Source: a virus. Taken from it: DNA of 64,000 bases. The stretch is from the IMG/VR virus record IMGVR_UViG_3300045988_101308, positions 60,792 through 124,791 of that record; one strand, given 5' to 3'. A program made the translations under genes and the position numbers. Under the pieces are notes generated by a model. It ran no database searches. It was not told the DNA's origin and saw only the letters and a program-made list of their open reading frames with translations. The first letter of the stretch is position 1. Every line of letters starts with the position of its first letter. This document shows positions 49,914 to 60,850 of this stretch, piece after piece.

Positions 49914-50636
49914 TTGAATACGATGATTAACTATGCAGCAAAAGCCAGAAAAGCTTATTTGATAAACAATTTCGATAAGATTCTTAACAGCCTCAACACG
50001 CTTCATTCGACGGTTGAAACCATGACGTTGTTCGTAAACGACCAGGCTTATAATTACATTCTTAAGCTGAAGGAAGTGATTAAGGGTGGTCCTATGTACA
50101 AACATAATGTCAAACGATTTTTGAATGATATGGACAAAGAGATAAAGAGGTACAATGCTTCTATCTACTACATAAATAAAGAGCGTAGTGAGGTTATAGC
50201 TGATATAACACAAGCGATGGAAGATTGCCTCATGCCATACATAGACGACCTGGCCGGCGCTATAAGGGCAGCCGTGTGGTCGAGGGGTGTGTCCGAGGAG
50301 CGGACGGAAGCGGCGGTACTGTCCCTAATCGTATCCTCCTTGGCTACGACATCAGGCAGACTTATCTCAGGTGGATATCAGATCATGAAAGAAATGGGTG
50401 GAGGTCAAGGTGGTAATCCATTTACGTTTATGAGCATTGATAAGATAAGACACTTATCTACATCATTGTCTGATGCTATTACCGGTGGAGAAATAGCTCT
50501 TGAAGAAAAAGAAGCCAATAACATAACTAAGGCAATGGATGTTTTTATTGAGAAAATGTCTGATTCGGATATTGTCGATAAGGTAATTAGCATACTCGAA
50601 GAATCAGAATCTAAAAATAAGGAGGAGCGATCATGA
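49914..50636 (+). CDS. hypothetical protein (240 aa)
   Basis: Long ORF. Contains a GC-rich codon patch at 50235-50330. Confidence 0.45.
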   Translation: MNTMINYAAKARKAYLINNFDKILNSLNTLHSTVETMTLFVNDQAYNYILKLKEVIKGGPMYKHNVKRFLNDMDKEIKRYNASIYYINKERSEVIADITQAMEDCLMPYIDDLAGAIRAAVWSRGVSEERTEAAVLSLIVSSLATTSGRLISGGYQIMKEMGGGQGGNPFTFMSIDKIRHLSTSLSDAITGGEIALEEKEANNITKAMDVFIEKMSDSDIVDKVISILEESESKNKEERS

Positions 50637-50831
50637 ATTATTTGGATGGGTATGTAGAAGAAGTTCTTTCTGAGCCGTACTATGATGATTATGGCTCTGG
50701 GATTTTTAGGTGGTGGGTGGAAGTATCTTACATTTGTGAAGGTACAGAATCAACTACTACATTAATGTTTGATACGAGAGAAGAAGCAGAGGCAGTAAAA
50801 CCAGGTTATAAATTTTTATGTTGAAAATAAC

Positions 50832-51068
50832 ATGAGGTATTTTGTTTTATTGATGGCACTTGTGTTATCATCATGTTCGCATGATGATAGTCAGGTTAAT
50901 AACGGATGGGTTATATATGATTTACGTCCTTTAGAAGATGGATGTATAATGTATTATGGTGAAGACGAAAGAATTTCAATATTTTATAATAATAGGCTTA
51001 TAAAATTCGTTGGATACCAAGGGGAATACAATATAGGAGATTCTATTAAAATCGTAAAAGTGAAATAA
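50832..51068 (+). CDS. small lipoprotein (signal peptide plus lipobox LSSC)
   Basis: MRYFVLLMALVLSSCSHDD fits a type II signal peptide with Cys +1. Confidence 0.5.
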   Translation: MRYFVLLMALVLSSCSHDDSQVNNGWVIYDLRPLEDGCIMYYGEDERISIFYNNRLIKFVGYQGEYNIGDSIKIVKVK

Positions 51069-51069
51069 T

Positions 51070-51558
51070 ATGAAAAATAATTTGAAACTCGTATGTCCAA
51101 AATGTGGCACCCCTCACCAGCCTCATTCTCCGCACACGATGGATGCAGATGGATTTGAAAGGTGTGAGATAAGAACGGTCATGGAAGACAGGGGATGGTG
51201 CTACGAATGCTCTTTTTGGCAAAATATGTACGACAAGCACAAAGACGATCCTGGATGGGTTAGGATAGACGGTGAAAGCTGGGTGCTTAAGCCTATGGTG
51301 AAAAACGTACCGAGCGGATGGAACAGCCTTGGATGCGGTGGAAGAAAGATGTATATCAATATCGAAGGGAAAGGCATTGTTGTATCAAATAACTGCTGGT
51401 GCCAAGGTGATGTTTCGGACGCATTTAAGGATCTGATGCCTGATAATGCTACTTGGGCTACGAAGGAGGAATTTGACAAAGCCCCTGTAGTAGGATATAT
51501 TATAGAAGGTATTGGTTTAGTTTTCACGGATAGGGGAGGTCATGAAGTTAATGCTTAG
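51070..51558 (+). CDS. hypothetical Cys-rich protein (162 aa); last plus-strand gene before the strand switch
   Basis: CPKCGTPH ... CYECSFW zinc-ribbon-like N-terminus. Confidence 0.45.
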   Translation: MKNNLKLVCPKCGTPHQPHSPHTMDADGFERCEIRTVMEDRGWCYECSFWQNMYDKHKDDPGWVRIDGESWVLKPMVKNVPSGWNSLGCGGRKMYINIEGKGIVVSNNCWCQGDVSDAFKDLMPDNATWATKEEFDKAPVVGYIIEGIGLVFTDRGGHEVNA

Positions 51559-51601
51559 AAACTTATTTCATGTTCTGCTTATACAAGAAAAGATGGTAAC
51601 T

Positions 51602-51648
51602 ACAACAATCCCCAACCATACAATAGGCGTACGGTTGGGGATTGTTGT
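51602..51648. terminator. bidirectional terminator at the convergence of plus-strand and minus-strand modules
   Basis: 16-bp perfect stem ACAACAATCCCCAACC / GGTTGGGGATTGTTGT with a 15-nt loop. U-rich tract follows on the minus strand. Overlaps the stop codon of 51648..52385(-). Confidence 0.7.
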
Positions 51649-52385
51649 CATATCGTAAAATTAAGTGTTTTTTTTAATATCAGATATTCAGTATGAACTT
51701 TACTTCCGCCATCATCTATCAAGTCCAAATTAATATAAGCTGTATATGATACATGATGATCACCAGGAGTAAGACGTTTCATTTCTGATAAGAACATAGA
51801 ATTTAAACCTTGGCCAGACCATGATTCTGGATATGGCAAAGGTGTAAAGTCGGCATCTGTACATCTTATAGCCCAAGTAAAATTAGGATCTGCCCTAACT
51901 ATTCTATCATGAGGTCCATCAATTACAAGATCTGGCATCTCATATTGGTAACTATCATAATTAAGGACAATAGGATCACTAAAGTTTACACCGTATATAG
52001 CAGCAGGTGGAGTAAAGCTTGTTATTAAAAAGGTTCTATTAATCCTATTGGTTGTTCTTAGCGTAAACTCATCAGGTGCTATCACACTTACTCTAAATCC
52101 ATAATAAGGAGAGGTTGTTAAAGCAATAGCAAGAACCACCGAATCCTGTTCAAGCAATTCCTCTGTCGTATCAACCTGACTATCGATCTCTTGCCTATCT
52201 TCTATTGGAACACCTCCTCGAATATACACAGTATCCAACCGTTTTTTAGAAGATTGGTATATAAGCTCACCACCATCAGGGACAGTTCCGATAAGTTCAT
52301 TGTTTACATAACACCCCCCCCCTATACAGTTACTAACTATCTTATACTCATATAGTTTAGCATTATTTTGATATCTTCTTCTCAT
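51648..52385 (-). CDS. hypothetical protein (245 aa), possible tail fibre or receptor-binding component
   Basis: Last gene of the minus-strand module; beta-rich, Gly-containing. Assignment by position only. Confidence 0.4.
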   Translation of the reverse strand: MRRRYQNNAKLYEYKIVSNCIGGGCYVNNELIGTVPDGGELIYQSSKKRLDTVYIRGGVPIEDRQEIDSQVDTTEELLEQDSVVLAIALTTSPYYGFRVSVIAPDEFTLRTTNRINRTFLITSFTPPAAIYGVNFSDPIVLNYDSYQYEMPDLVIDGPHDRIVRADPNFTWAIRCTDADFTPLPYPESWSGQGLNSMFLSEMKRLTPGDHHVSYTAYINLDLIDDGGSKVHTEYLILKKTLNFTI

Positions 52386-52389
52386 AATT

Positions 52390-53094
52390 TCATAAAATTA
52401 ATTCAGTAAAAGGACGGACATAACGTGGATTACTCCTTGTACTTGTACTCAAATGATCTCCTTGGATGTTTATATCATAATACCACGAATAGGTAAATTG
52501 TGTAGATTGAGTGGATGTCCACATTCTATTACTCATTATCGTACCTCCTACCATTAAAAGGCATTCGTTTATTTCATTCGCATACAATGATATCAAAAAA
52601 AACTCTCCGGCGCCACCTACATATCCATTTTGACCATTTTTAAATAAATAGCTATTAGCTTTATTAAAAGCGTAATTTTCATTACTGGTATCATATTCAA
52701 GATACGCATTCTGATTTTCACGCCCCCAATAATCCTTTTTAACGGTCTCCATATAAGAACTATTTTGTGCAAATATATTGTCTATTTCTCCATCCTTACC
52801 CCAACGAAATGTGCCAATATATTCGGTGGCTATAACAAAACACACTTTATCTACAAGAGCTATTCCATTGCATAGATCATTGGAATATCCTTTATTAGAC
52901 CAATTTTCTTTCGTATATAATCCTCCATCTACATGTTGGATGTATATGCCTTTATTGATTATAAGCGAGGGATTTACCCCCATCCCTATTTGAAATCTTC
53001 GTCTCATGATTTTTGTTTGCAAGATAGCAATAATTGACAACATAAAAGAAACCGGTTCCCTATCATCTCTGACTAAGAACCGGTAAGAAAACAA
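52390..53094 (-). CDS. hypothetical protein (234 aa), possible tail fibre or receptor-binding component
   Basis: Aromatic/Asn/Gly-rich beta-type sequence downstream of the giant gene. Assignment by position only. Confidence 0.4.
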   Translation of the reverse strand: MFSYRFLVRDDREPVSFMLSIIAILQTKIMRRRFQIGMGVNPSLIINKGIYIQHVDGGLYTKENWSNKGYSNDLCNGIALVDKVCFVIATEYIGTFRWGKDGEIDNIFAQNSSYMETVKKDYWGRENQNAYLEYDTSNENYAFNKANSYLFKNGQNGYVGGAGEFFLISLYANEINECLLMVGGTIMSNRMWTSTQSTQFTYSWYYDINIQGDHLSTSTRSNPRYVRPFTELIL

Positions 53095-53220
53095 TTTCAG
53101 AAAAAAATTAACCTACATAATCTTTCAAGTAAGAACAAAAAACGTACAATCTACTCTTTGACGATGCTAATATAACATATTGGAATCATACAAAAACAAT
53201 GCAAGTCCGATATTCTTCGT

Positions 53221-56200
53221 CTACTTGTAGCTAACATCATCGTCTCCTTCCGAATCAGGAGTAGCGCCGATGAAGAACATCATTGACTTGTTGTTCGTCT
53301 GCTGCCACCAATTATAGGCGCGCGCTACGTCTTCCGGCGTCTTGATGTTATACCATTGTTTGATAAACGTCTGTTTGGCGAGTTGCCTAAATAACTTAGA
53401 CTCTCCCTTGTATGTACCGGATGTTACTTTATCAAGTGAATAATTCCTAAGATCGGTAAGATCCTTCAGTTTTCGCCCCATAACAAACGGATCGTTAATG
53501 ATATCTACCACGTTAAGCTCCATAATAAACGGCATCTGTGAAGCTATTTCGTTTATGGTTCTGAATCCGACATAGGATCCAAATTGAGTAAGCCAACTTT
53601 CTTCGTTTTCATCATCATCACGCCATCCGGCAAGAAGCATAGATACGGCTTGCATGATAAGAAACGTGCCGGCATAGACACTGAGGCGTTTGAGATTAGT
53701 TTTTTCTACCTCATTCATATTGTCTTTATTTTCGTTCCAGGCATCTATGATGTTTTTCATACCAGACTCGGAAGCCAGGCTAAATGTTTTGGCTATCATA
53801 TTCTTTAACGTAATTGACAACCCTTCCTCTTCTTGCATTGTCTGGAAATTGAAGCCACGTCTTTTCCACAGACGTTGAGCCGCCAGCACCAACCATCCTC
53901 GGTGGGCGGTCATGAACCTGGCTATCCAGTTGCGCGATGCGGCAGTTCGGTTTTCTTCATTCAAAGATCCGTTACATATCTGCGACAAGCTACGGACTTG
54001 ATTCCTGGTTATAGCCATCTGGGTTTCAACTTCCTCAACAGTAACACCTGATCCGGGCTTTACAACCACCTTCCCATCCACGACGTCTACCATACTCCAT
54101 AAAGTACGATCTTTTAATGCGTTCCATTCTCTTTTTATGGTACTCTGTTCTTTATTACGTTCTTTTTCCATCTTGAAATCTTGGAACGTGTAGAACCGAC
54201 CTTTGTAATAACGAACATTGTCCATAGTAGCAATCATAACCTGCGGATCAAGAGGGTAGTTCAGGATTTCCATAAAAGCATACATAGGCGAACGCATTAA
54301 GGTCCTGGCCGCTCTATTGTATCCGGCACCATACATACGATTTCGGATATTGAATATCCCCATTCTCTCACCTATGACATATAATTTGCTTTTCCTATCT
54401 ATGTCTCCGGTTTCTGCTATACAAGATGGAGCAAGGCGTGAAAATTCAGCCGATGCGTATTTAAGGGAGTCTTTGCTTATATACTGTCCTACGGCAGATT
54501 CCATGATGAGGTTGATATGACCTGTTAAGGCGCCGGTAGCTGCCACAAACGGAGACAGTGCCAAGTTCATGACCGACATAAATCTTTCAACAGCCATCAT
54601 AATTCTTGTAAGGTCTACCGTATATCCTCCGATGTTCACCGTAAGTTTTTTGGTGTTCATCCTAATGCCATAATAATGATCGTTGAAGAAGTCCCTGAAC
54701 ATCTGATATGCTTGGGTTGCTTCAGCCTTCTTACCGCCTTCAAATTGTTTATTCAGTAACATCTGCTCCAGTCCTTGGGCAAGCTCTATAGACTTCTGCT
54801 TTTCGTTATATAACGATGACTGCATCATAAGCATAGAATAAGAGTAGCCAAAATCGTGAGATACATCATCTTGGTTCTCCAATTCATATATGTAGTATTT
54901 AGGTATAGACCTAAGTCTATCTTCCGGATCATATACTTCTCCTTGCCTGGTTTTACCGTATAGAGAATCGTCTACTCTGTCCAGGCACAGATCTGATACA
55001 AAATTACGAACCGTATTTTTGAAGTTAATACCCAATCCTTCCATACGTTCTATGTCTTGTTTTGATATCTGTGGAATAGCATACAGGTTCGGGCTCTGCT
55101 CTTTGTATAGATCAAGGGATTGTCTTTTTATTTCCTTGAGTTTTTGAATCATATTCCACTGCTCTACGTTTTTAGTAGCAACTTCATTACCGTCAGCATC
55201 ATACTTGATACCAAAGTCATTGAAATACGATTCGTCACGATACAGGCTTTTCTTAGGCATGCGATGACCATACCCATGATCTTTTACATAATCAGGATTA
55301 CGGCCGCTATTTTCGGCTTCAGATTCAGCCACCCATGCCCTTGCAGGATCGAAAGACAGGTACGATATGTCCATGCCATAATCTTGGGTGGATGTACCGT
55401 TTTGTACGTCCTTAACCATCTGCGCCACATCTATCTCACCTCGACCTATTTTGTCGATCATAGCCGCATATCCGGTAGGCGCCATGCGTTTATAGTACGA
55501 AAAAACCTGGCTCCTGGCAAATTCATTAACAATAGCATTAGCTTCTTCTATGCCCGCTTTTATGTCAGCTTCTATACCCTCTTCTCTTGTATTATTTAAA
55601 AATAAGCTGGCCATCTTAGCATTAACAGCATTCCTGAAATCTCTACCGTCTAATTCTTTGCTTATACCAAGCTTTTCTGACAGGTAGTTGGTTTCAGATA
55701 CGGTAAACAGATATCGGTTATCAGCAGCCTTAAACAGCTTATCCCTTAAAGCCTGAATCCTTTTTGCTTTCTTCGCCGTAGTATGACGTTGTACGAACTT
55801 CCATTCCACTTCCTTGGAGTCAGCAAGAGCATTTAAATAAGACTGATTTACTTCGTTTTCAGCCTTACTGCTTTTAGTAAGGTACTTATCAATATCTTCA
55901 AGACCCACCATCTTAGCATAATCTATCAAAATAGCGTAATCGGCTTCAATAGCTTCAGATGCGGCCCTAAAAGCATCTCTTTCGGATGAGGTAAATGTCG
56001 CTTCGTTAATTTCTCCGATATCAGCCACATCGCGGTTGTTTCCGATTATTTCCTTGATAATGGCCTTATTTTTTTCTATATCTTTCACAATAGAATCCAC
56101 GTCAGTCGCATCTCTATCACTTGTTGTAGAACTAATGATATCATGCGCCATTTTGAGATACGAAGCCTTGTTATTTGATTCGGTACGTGCCGACTGTTCC

Positions 56201-59200
56201 GATTCTACATCATTCCAAAACCGATCATTAAATGACAGGTGACCTCCCAACATAAGTGTCTTCAGCGCAGCTTCTCCTCCAGACTCACGCTGAATCGTTC
56301 TCAATCTTTCCAAAAATGATTCTGATACGGCATTAGTGACATTATTTGATTCTTTTCTCCAAACTTCATTTATGGCTTGTATTTCTTTAGCCATCTTAAG
56401 TTGGTCGCCGGTTTTTTCAACACGTCTGGTACCAACATATATGTATTCCGAAGCTGCTTCCTTACGTTGTTTACGAAGCAGTCCTTCTTCTTCGTAGTTA
56501 CTACTCTTATAGTAATCAACCTCATCAAAATTACCACCGCTATCAATAAAAGGCTGCCTCAGTATTCGTTTTTGCCGGGAAAGAGCATTAAGATATTCTT
56601 TAGTTGTTTGAGAAACTGGATGCCCTAATTCTTCTTCAGCCTTTTTGTATATGGATTCCATTCTTGTGGCATAACTTTCACTAAATTCCAATTCTGAATT
56701 TTCAGCATCCCACTTTTCCATCTGTTCTGTATAGATCTTTTCCTGCTCGATGGTGAAAATATCAGTATTAACCCTGTCAGATGAGGGCTTAAATTTAGCG
56801 TTTTCAGTAACCGTATTTCCGTCCTTGTCAACTACTTCTCTTTTAAATACGTAATTACGATTATTGTCAACCACATCATTGATTTCTTCTTCTGATATTT
56901 CTATGTTCATGGCAGTTGCAAACGCACGCATCTGTGCCAGCTTCTTATTACGATCGTATTTAGCCATATCAAGAGCACTACGAAGGTAATTGGAAGTTTT
57001 GCCATCTACTTTCTGAAGTAGTTTTTCAAATTCGGATTTGTTGAAACCATGCTTTTTAGTATATGCCAGGAAGTCAGATATAGCGGGCTGGGCATTTACC
57101 ATCGCATTATAATTATCTTTGGCAATCATAGCTCCAAGAGCGTTATTGAACGGACTGGAAGAATGCTCTAATATACCAAACCACCTACTTATCCAAGAAA
57201 CATCATGTTGAACCTTGTCAAAAAATTCTTTTACTCTCTTTACCTTATCTGCCGGCACATGAAGTTCGTTCATTAACTTATCAAGCAACGTACTTTCATC
57301 AAGGTCTTGTACTGATTTAATATCAGACTGAATACCATTGATGTCGGCAATGACGGTATTGATCCTATTTGTATAATCCTGCTTTTCACGTTCATCAAAT
57401 TCGGTACTTCTATTACGGATATATCCTCGAAGATCGTTCATGATCGGAAGAACCTGATTGTTGATAATATCTACGTTCTTTCGATCATTGGTATTGAAGT
57501 GAAGTTTACCGTCTTTGGTATCACCATGAAGGATGGTGTTCACCACATTACTTAAGTATCTGACCTGAGCTTCGGCTGTGGAGATCATGCTGTTCATGGC
57601 AGCCGCCATCTCATTCTTGTCTATTTCGGTCTCTACCTTATTTATCTTATCTTCTATGGTCTTAAGCTGAGCAAGGGTCATAGACGTAGTTACAGCCCTA
57701 TCAGAGCTTATCTGACGTAAGTCTCTTAATGTTTTTCTTAGTGATCTGATCTTAGACTCAAGAAACTTGTTCTTGTTCATAGAAGAAAGGGAGTATAATG
57801 TAAAGTCATTATCCTTTAACAGAGAGGTGTCAAATCCTTTATCTATGTCAGTAATGGCAAGATCACGAATGTTTTTAATAACGTTATTCAAATCTTGTCT
57901 TTGGGTTGATAAAGCTGATTTAAGCCAGCTTACGATTCCAGAGAAAAGCTGCCGGACGCGCCCCAGGAAGGAGGTGGGCTCTACCGGCGCCTGTGCTGTG
58001 CCGGCCTGCATCTCCCTGGCGAGGATCTTTCCAAGAATTTCTCTCCTAACAGCATTATCAAGCTCAGCTCCTTCATACGCTTTACCGTATGTATTATAAT
58101 ACTGACCTGCATACTGGTTCCACTCTTCCGTACCTTCTACATCTTGCAGAACAGCCTCAACAGCATTCTGATCTCTGTATGCCTCTACAAGAAAGTGGGC
58201 TGTTTCTTCTACTAAATCAGATAAAGTAGCATCTTCACCAACTGCTATTACGTTATTAGCAATATCCGCCAATGCCTTAGCAGAAGGTTCGTGCCCGTAT
58301 TTGGTTTGGTACTTCTCTATATAGTCGGTCATACCTATGACACTAACGCCAAGCGTTTTCAGTATCTCGACAATAGAATTTCGTTGGTCACGTTCCTGCC
58401 TGCTATAATCTGATACGATCTTAGCTTTAGTATCAGCATAAAGATCGTTATCTTCTAATATGAATGAAACTACAAGCGCATCAAAATGATCGTACTTGGC
58501 GTCCAATTCATTGTATCTTCCTGACTTAAGATCGTTCTTTATCTGTTCCCTACTAATCCTTTCCGTTCCTCCGGTGGCGAGTCTCATAGTTACCTTACTG
58601 TTATCCAACGAGCTTATGGTTATCATACCTTGGTCGTTCATGGAAACATCGGAACCAAAATGATTACGGAGCTCGGTGTATGATAAGGCTGAATTGAAAA
58701 GTCTAATTTGTCCTGTATGACCTTCTCCTGTAAGATAATAGCTTCTTGTTTCAGGATCGAATATCTTAGATCCGGACAAAAGACCTTTCTTTATAAGGTA
58801 GTTAATTATACCACCTTTTGTTGATAAAGAAGTAGAAGCAGAAGCGGTCATGACCGGTATAAAAGATTTGGGATTATTAAGAACATACTTTCCAGCTTTG
58901 TAAGTAATGTCTGCCACGCCATCCACGGTAGATTCTTGAACGGTGCCTGATAAGAACCCTATTCTGATATCATTCCCGCCAGAGCGAAGAGCTTCTCCGT
59001 AATCTTCAAATAATTGACTACGATCGTTCATGAAAAACAAACGAGGCTCTCCAGTCTGATACGTTACACCCACAGGATTAGAATCTGTTTCTGGTAGCTC
59101 TTCTGGGCTAAATATCTTAAGACCGTCTTTTATAACCATATAATTAACACCCTTATCCTGTACCACAGATACGGGAGTGAAGTCCGAAAATATAGCATCT

Positions 59201-59667
59201 TGTAAATACTGCCCGGCGTCTATTCCTGGTTCTTCCGGTACGGAAATACTTGATGGGATCATAGCATCCACCAACATAATATTATCACCCAGATCTTGGC
59301 TATAGAATCCGAAGCCTGATTCTTGAATCCCATAAGTTGCATCTGATTTTGATACAAGAACAGGATTACTCATCTTAGAAGCCTTATCCAGCACCCTTTC
59401 TCTATAGGCTTCTGGGATAAGATCGATGTTGGATTTTACCTTATTATAAGCCTGTTTGTTGATAGGCACTCTCTTTCTCCAGTCGCCAAAAGCCTTTAAG
59501 AACTTGTTGGAAAATACGGTTTTAAAAACAGTAGTAGCCCGCTCCCTGTTCTCCATAAGAGGAACAGATGCTATTTTATCAAACAACATAGACCTGTCCC
59601 CTGATCTGGTAGAGACAGAAACAACTTTCTTTTTATTATCTCTTTTAATAATACACGTTGATGTCAT
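53221..59667 (-). CDS. giant protein (2148 aa) of the late/virion module; function unknown (candidate tail, ejection or cargo protein)
   Basis: Uninterrupted 6.4-kb ORF. Globular beta-rich N-terminal 400 aa, long charged alpha-helical middle, Trp-rich C-terminus. I found no RNAP DxDGD/DxDxD metal motif or P-loop. Confidence 0.85.
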   Translation of the reverse strand: MTSTCIIKRDNKKKVVSVSTRSGDRSMLFDKIASVPLMENRERATTVFKTVFSNKFLKAFGDWRKRVPINKQAYNKVKSNIDLIPEAYRERVLDKASKMSNPVLVSKSDATYGIQESGFGFYSQDLGDNIMLVDAMIPSSISVPEEPGIDAGQYLQDAIFSDFTPVSVVQDKGVNYMVIKDGLKIFSPEELPETDSNPVGVTYQTGEPRLFFMNDRSQLFEDYGEALRSGGNDIRIGFLSGTVQESTVDGVADITYKAGKYVLNNPKSFIPVMTASASTSLSTKGGIINYLIKKGLLSGSKIFDPETRSYYLTGEGHTGQIRLFNSALSYTELRNHFGSDVSMNDQGMITISSLDNSKVTMRLATGGTERISREQIKNDLKSGRYNELDAKYDHFDALVVSFILEDNDLYADTKAKIVSDYSRQERDQRNSIVEILKTLGVSVIGMTDYIEKYQTKYGHEPSAKALADIANNVIAVGEDATLSDLVEETAHFLVEAYRDQNAVEAVLQDVEGTEEWNQYAGQYYNTYGKAYEGAELDNAVRREILGKILAREMQAGTAQAPVEPTSFLGRVRQLFSGIVSWLKSALSTQRQDLNNVIKNIRDLAITDIDKGFDTSLLKDNDFTLYSLSSMNKNKFLESKIRSLRKTLRDLRQISSDRAVTTSMTLAQLKTIEDKINKVETEIDKNEMAAAMNSMISTAEAQVRYLSNVVNTILHGDTKDGKLHFNTNDRKNVDIINNQVLPIMNDLRGYIRNRSTEFDEREKQDYTNRINTVIADINGIQSDIKSVQDLDESTLLDKLMNELHVPADKVKRVKEFFDKVQHDVSWISRWFGILEHSSSPFNNALGAMIAKDNYNAMVNAQPAISDFLAYTKKHGFNKSEFEKLLQKVDGKTSNYLRSALDMAKYDRNKKLAQMRAFATAMNIEISEEEINDVVDNNRNYVFKREVVDKDGNTVTENAKFKPSSDRVNTDIFTIEQEKIYTEQMEKWDAENSELEFSESYATRMESIYKKAEEELGHPVSQTTKEYLNALSRQKRILRQPFIDSGGNFDEVDYYKSSNYEEEGLLRKQRKEAASEYIYVGTRRVEKTGDQLKMAKEIQAINEVWRKESNNVTNAVSESFLERLRTIQRESGGEAALKTLMLGGHLSFNDRFWNDVESEQSARTESNNKASYLKMAHDIISSTTSDRDATDVDSIVKDIEKNKAIIKEIIGNNRDVADIGEINEATFTSSERDAFRAASEAIEADYAILIDYAKMVGLEDIDKYLTKSSKAENEVNQSYLNALADSKEVEWKFVQRHTTAKKAKRIQALRDKLFKAADNRYLFTVSETNYLSEKLGISKELDGRDFRNAVNAKMASLFLNNTREEGIEADIKAGIEEANAIVNEFARSQVFSYYKRMAPTGYAAMIDKIGRGEIDVAQMVKDVQNGTSTQDYGMDISYLSFDPARAWVAESEAENSGRNPDYVKDHGYGHRMPKKSLYRDESYFNDFGIKYDADGNEVATKNVEQWNMIQKLKEIKRQSLDLYKEQSPNLYAIPQISKQDIERMEGLGINFKNTVRNFVSDLCLDRVDDSLYGKTRQGEVYDPEDRLRSIPKYYIYELENQDDVSHDFGYSYSMLMMQSSLYNEKQKSIELAQGLEQMLLNKQFEGGKKAEATQAYQMFRDFFNDHYYGIRMNTKKLTVNIGGYTVDLTRIMMAVERFMSVMNLALSPFVAATGALTGHINLIMESAVGQYISKDSLKYASAEFSRLAPSCIAETGDIDRKSKLYVIGERMGIFNIRNRMYGAGYNRAARTLMRSPMYAFMEILNYPLDPQVMIATMDNVRYYKGRFYTFQDFKMEKERNKEQSTIKREWNALKDRTLWSMVDVVDGKVVVKPGSGVTVEEVETQMAITRNQVRSLSQICNGSLNEENRTAASRNWIARFMTAHRGWLVLAAQRLWKRRGFNFQTMQEEEGLSITLKNMIAKTFSLASESGMKNIIDAWNENKDNMNEVEKTNLKRLSVYAGTFLIMQAVSMLLAGWRDDDENEESWLTQFGSYVGFRTINEIASQMPFIMELNVVDIINDPFVMGRKLKDLTDLRNYSLDKVTSGTYKGESKLFRQLAKQTFIKQWYNIKTPEDVARAYNWWQQTNNKSMMFFIGATPDSEGDDDVSYK

Positions 59668-59690
59668 AGTAAAACATTTTTGTTATAAGA

Positions 59691-59698
59691 CAAAGGTA
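59691..59698 (-). promoter_or_regulatory. Bacteroidetes -7 element (TACCTTTG on the minus strand) for the giant gene
   Basis: Plus strand reads CAAAGGTA, about 24 nt upstream of the minus-strand ATG at 59667. Confidence 0.4.
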
Positions 59699-59715
59699 GT
59701 TAAAAATCAAGCATA

Positions 59716-59757
59716 TCATAAAAAATTAAGCCATCTAACTTCTCAGTCTGATGGCTT
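59716..59757 (-). terminator. rho-independent terminator (minus strand) after 59809..60132
   Basis: Stem AAGCCATC / GATGGCTT (8 bp) followed on the minus strand by AATTTTTTA. Confidence 0.55.
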
Positions 59758-59808
59758 AAAAATAATATGAAAAAAAATTATAATCTGACGTAAATCGTCA
59801 AGTTACGC

Positions 59809-60132
59809 TTATGCATTATATTTGTACCCATTTCTATGAATAAACCTTCCAGATTCGAACCTTTCCACATCATCCGGTCCAATAGGTCCGCAGTCTTCCC
59901 TCCTTGCCTCATACCACAGCCCCGGCTTACGGAGCCGGCAGGTTATGACGTATTTAAAGCAGTTGTGAGTAAAATGGAATACGGATCCTACTGGGAAATA
60001 CCTGGTAGTTTGAAACACTATTCTTTTTCGTTTAGTATCAAACGTGATATCTCCTACTACCTTAGTCACGTAATAGCTTATGCCATTTAACGTTTCATCT
60101 GTCTGCGGTATCCAATAATAACCTCGTGCCAT
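59809..60132 (-). CDS. hypothetical protein (107 aa)
   Basis: Minus-strand tiling ORF; aromatic-rich. Confidence 0.45.
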   Translation of the reverse strand: MARGYYWIPQTDETLNGISYYVTKVVGDITFDTKRKRIVFQTTRYFPVGSVFHFTHNCFKYVITCRLRKPGLWYEARREDCGPIGPDDVERFESGRFIHRNGYKYNA

Positions 60133-60161
60133 GCCACAAATATATGAAAAAGTCGGATAAC

Positions 60162-60482
60162 TTACGTACCCGACTTTATTATTTGTTTAAATAGTCCAAT
60201 TTCATCTATTTTTACATGACCGCTTTGCATACTACCATTATTAGAATTGTAAAGAAAATTGAAACCACTTTCTTTTTCCTGTCTTTCAAAAGAACTGATA
60301 TCCTTTCCTCTACGAGCTCTTCCAAAAGCTTTCTTGAACAACTTTCCTCTGAAGGTCTTGATGAGGATCTTGGTAGCGTTATTGCCAGCTCTTACCATCG
60401 CTTTCCTTGCCTGGTCCTCCGAGACAAAACTACTTTGGAAAATATACGATGCTGCTGCTTGTATGTCCTGCTTGGTAATCAT
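60162..60482 (-). CDS. hypothetical basic protein (106 aa)
   Basis: K/R-rich centre (KTFRGKLFKKAFGRARRGKD). Confidence 0.45.
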   Translation of the reverse strand: MITKQDIQAAASYIFQSSFVSEDQARKAMVRAGNNATKILIKTFRGKLFKKAFGRARRGKDISSFERQEKESGFNFLYNSNNGSMQSGHVKIDEIGLFKQIIKSGT

Positions 60483-60850
60483 ATTATAAACATTTCTTTC
60501 AAAATACTATTTTGTATACTATATATCAATTTCATCCCATCTCTATCATATACGTCAAAAAAGGATTCACTTAAGTTCTTTGGATTTACATTCAGTTGAA
60601 TTATGCAATTACCGGTATAAACCTTAATCCCGTAATTATCAGAGTATATATCCTGCATAGTATCAAATGTCTCAATTAAATTTTCAACAAGGGCTCTGTT
60701 AAATGAAAAAGATTCTTTACCATTACCTTTAAATGTGATATGATCTAAATTAATGTTGTCAAATACATACTCTAACTGATTGCCGTCCATCATATTATAA
60801 GTGATTGACTTTTTGATTACAAATCCCATATTATTCTGTTTTTTTAGTTG

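Noticed and set aside
53584-58099. Plus-strand ORFs inside the giant minus-strand gene (for example 53584..53808, 55120..55599, 57767..58099) and other antisense ORFs (282..566, 1331..1627, 41944..42378)
   Set aside because: They lie fully antisense to long, motif-bearing genes and have atypical low-complexity or hydrophobic composition. They are shadow ORFs.
53221-59667. Annotating the 2148-aa protein as a crAss-like virion RNA polymerase
   Set aside because: Size and genomic position are suggestive, but I could not find a DxDGD/DxDxD metal-binding motif or other RNAP signatures by eye. Left as unknown giant late protein.
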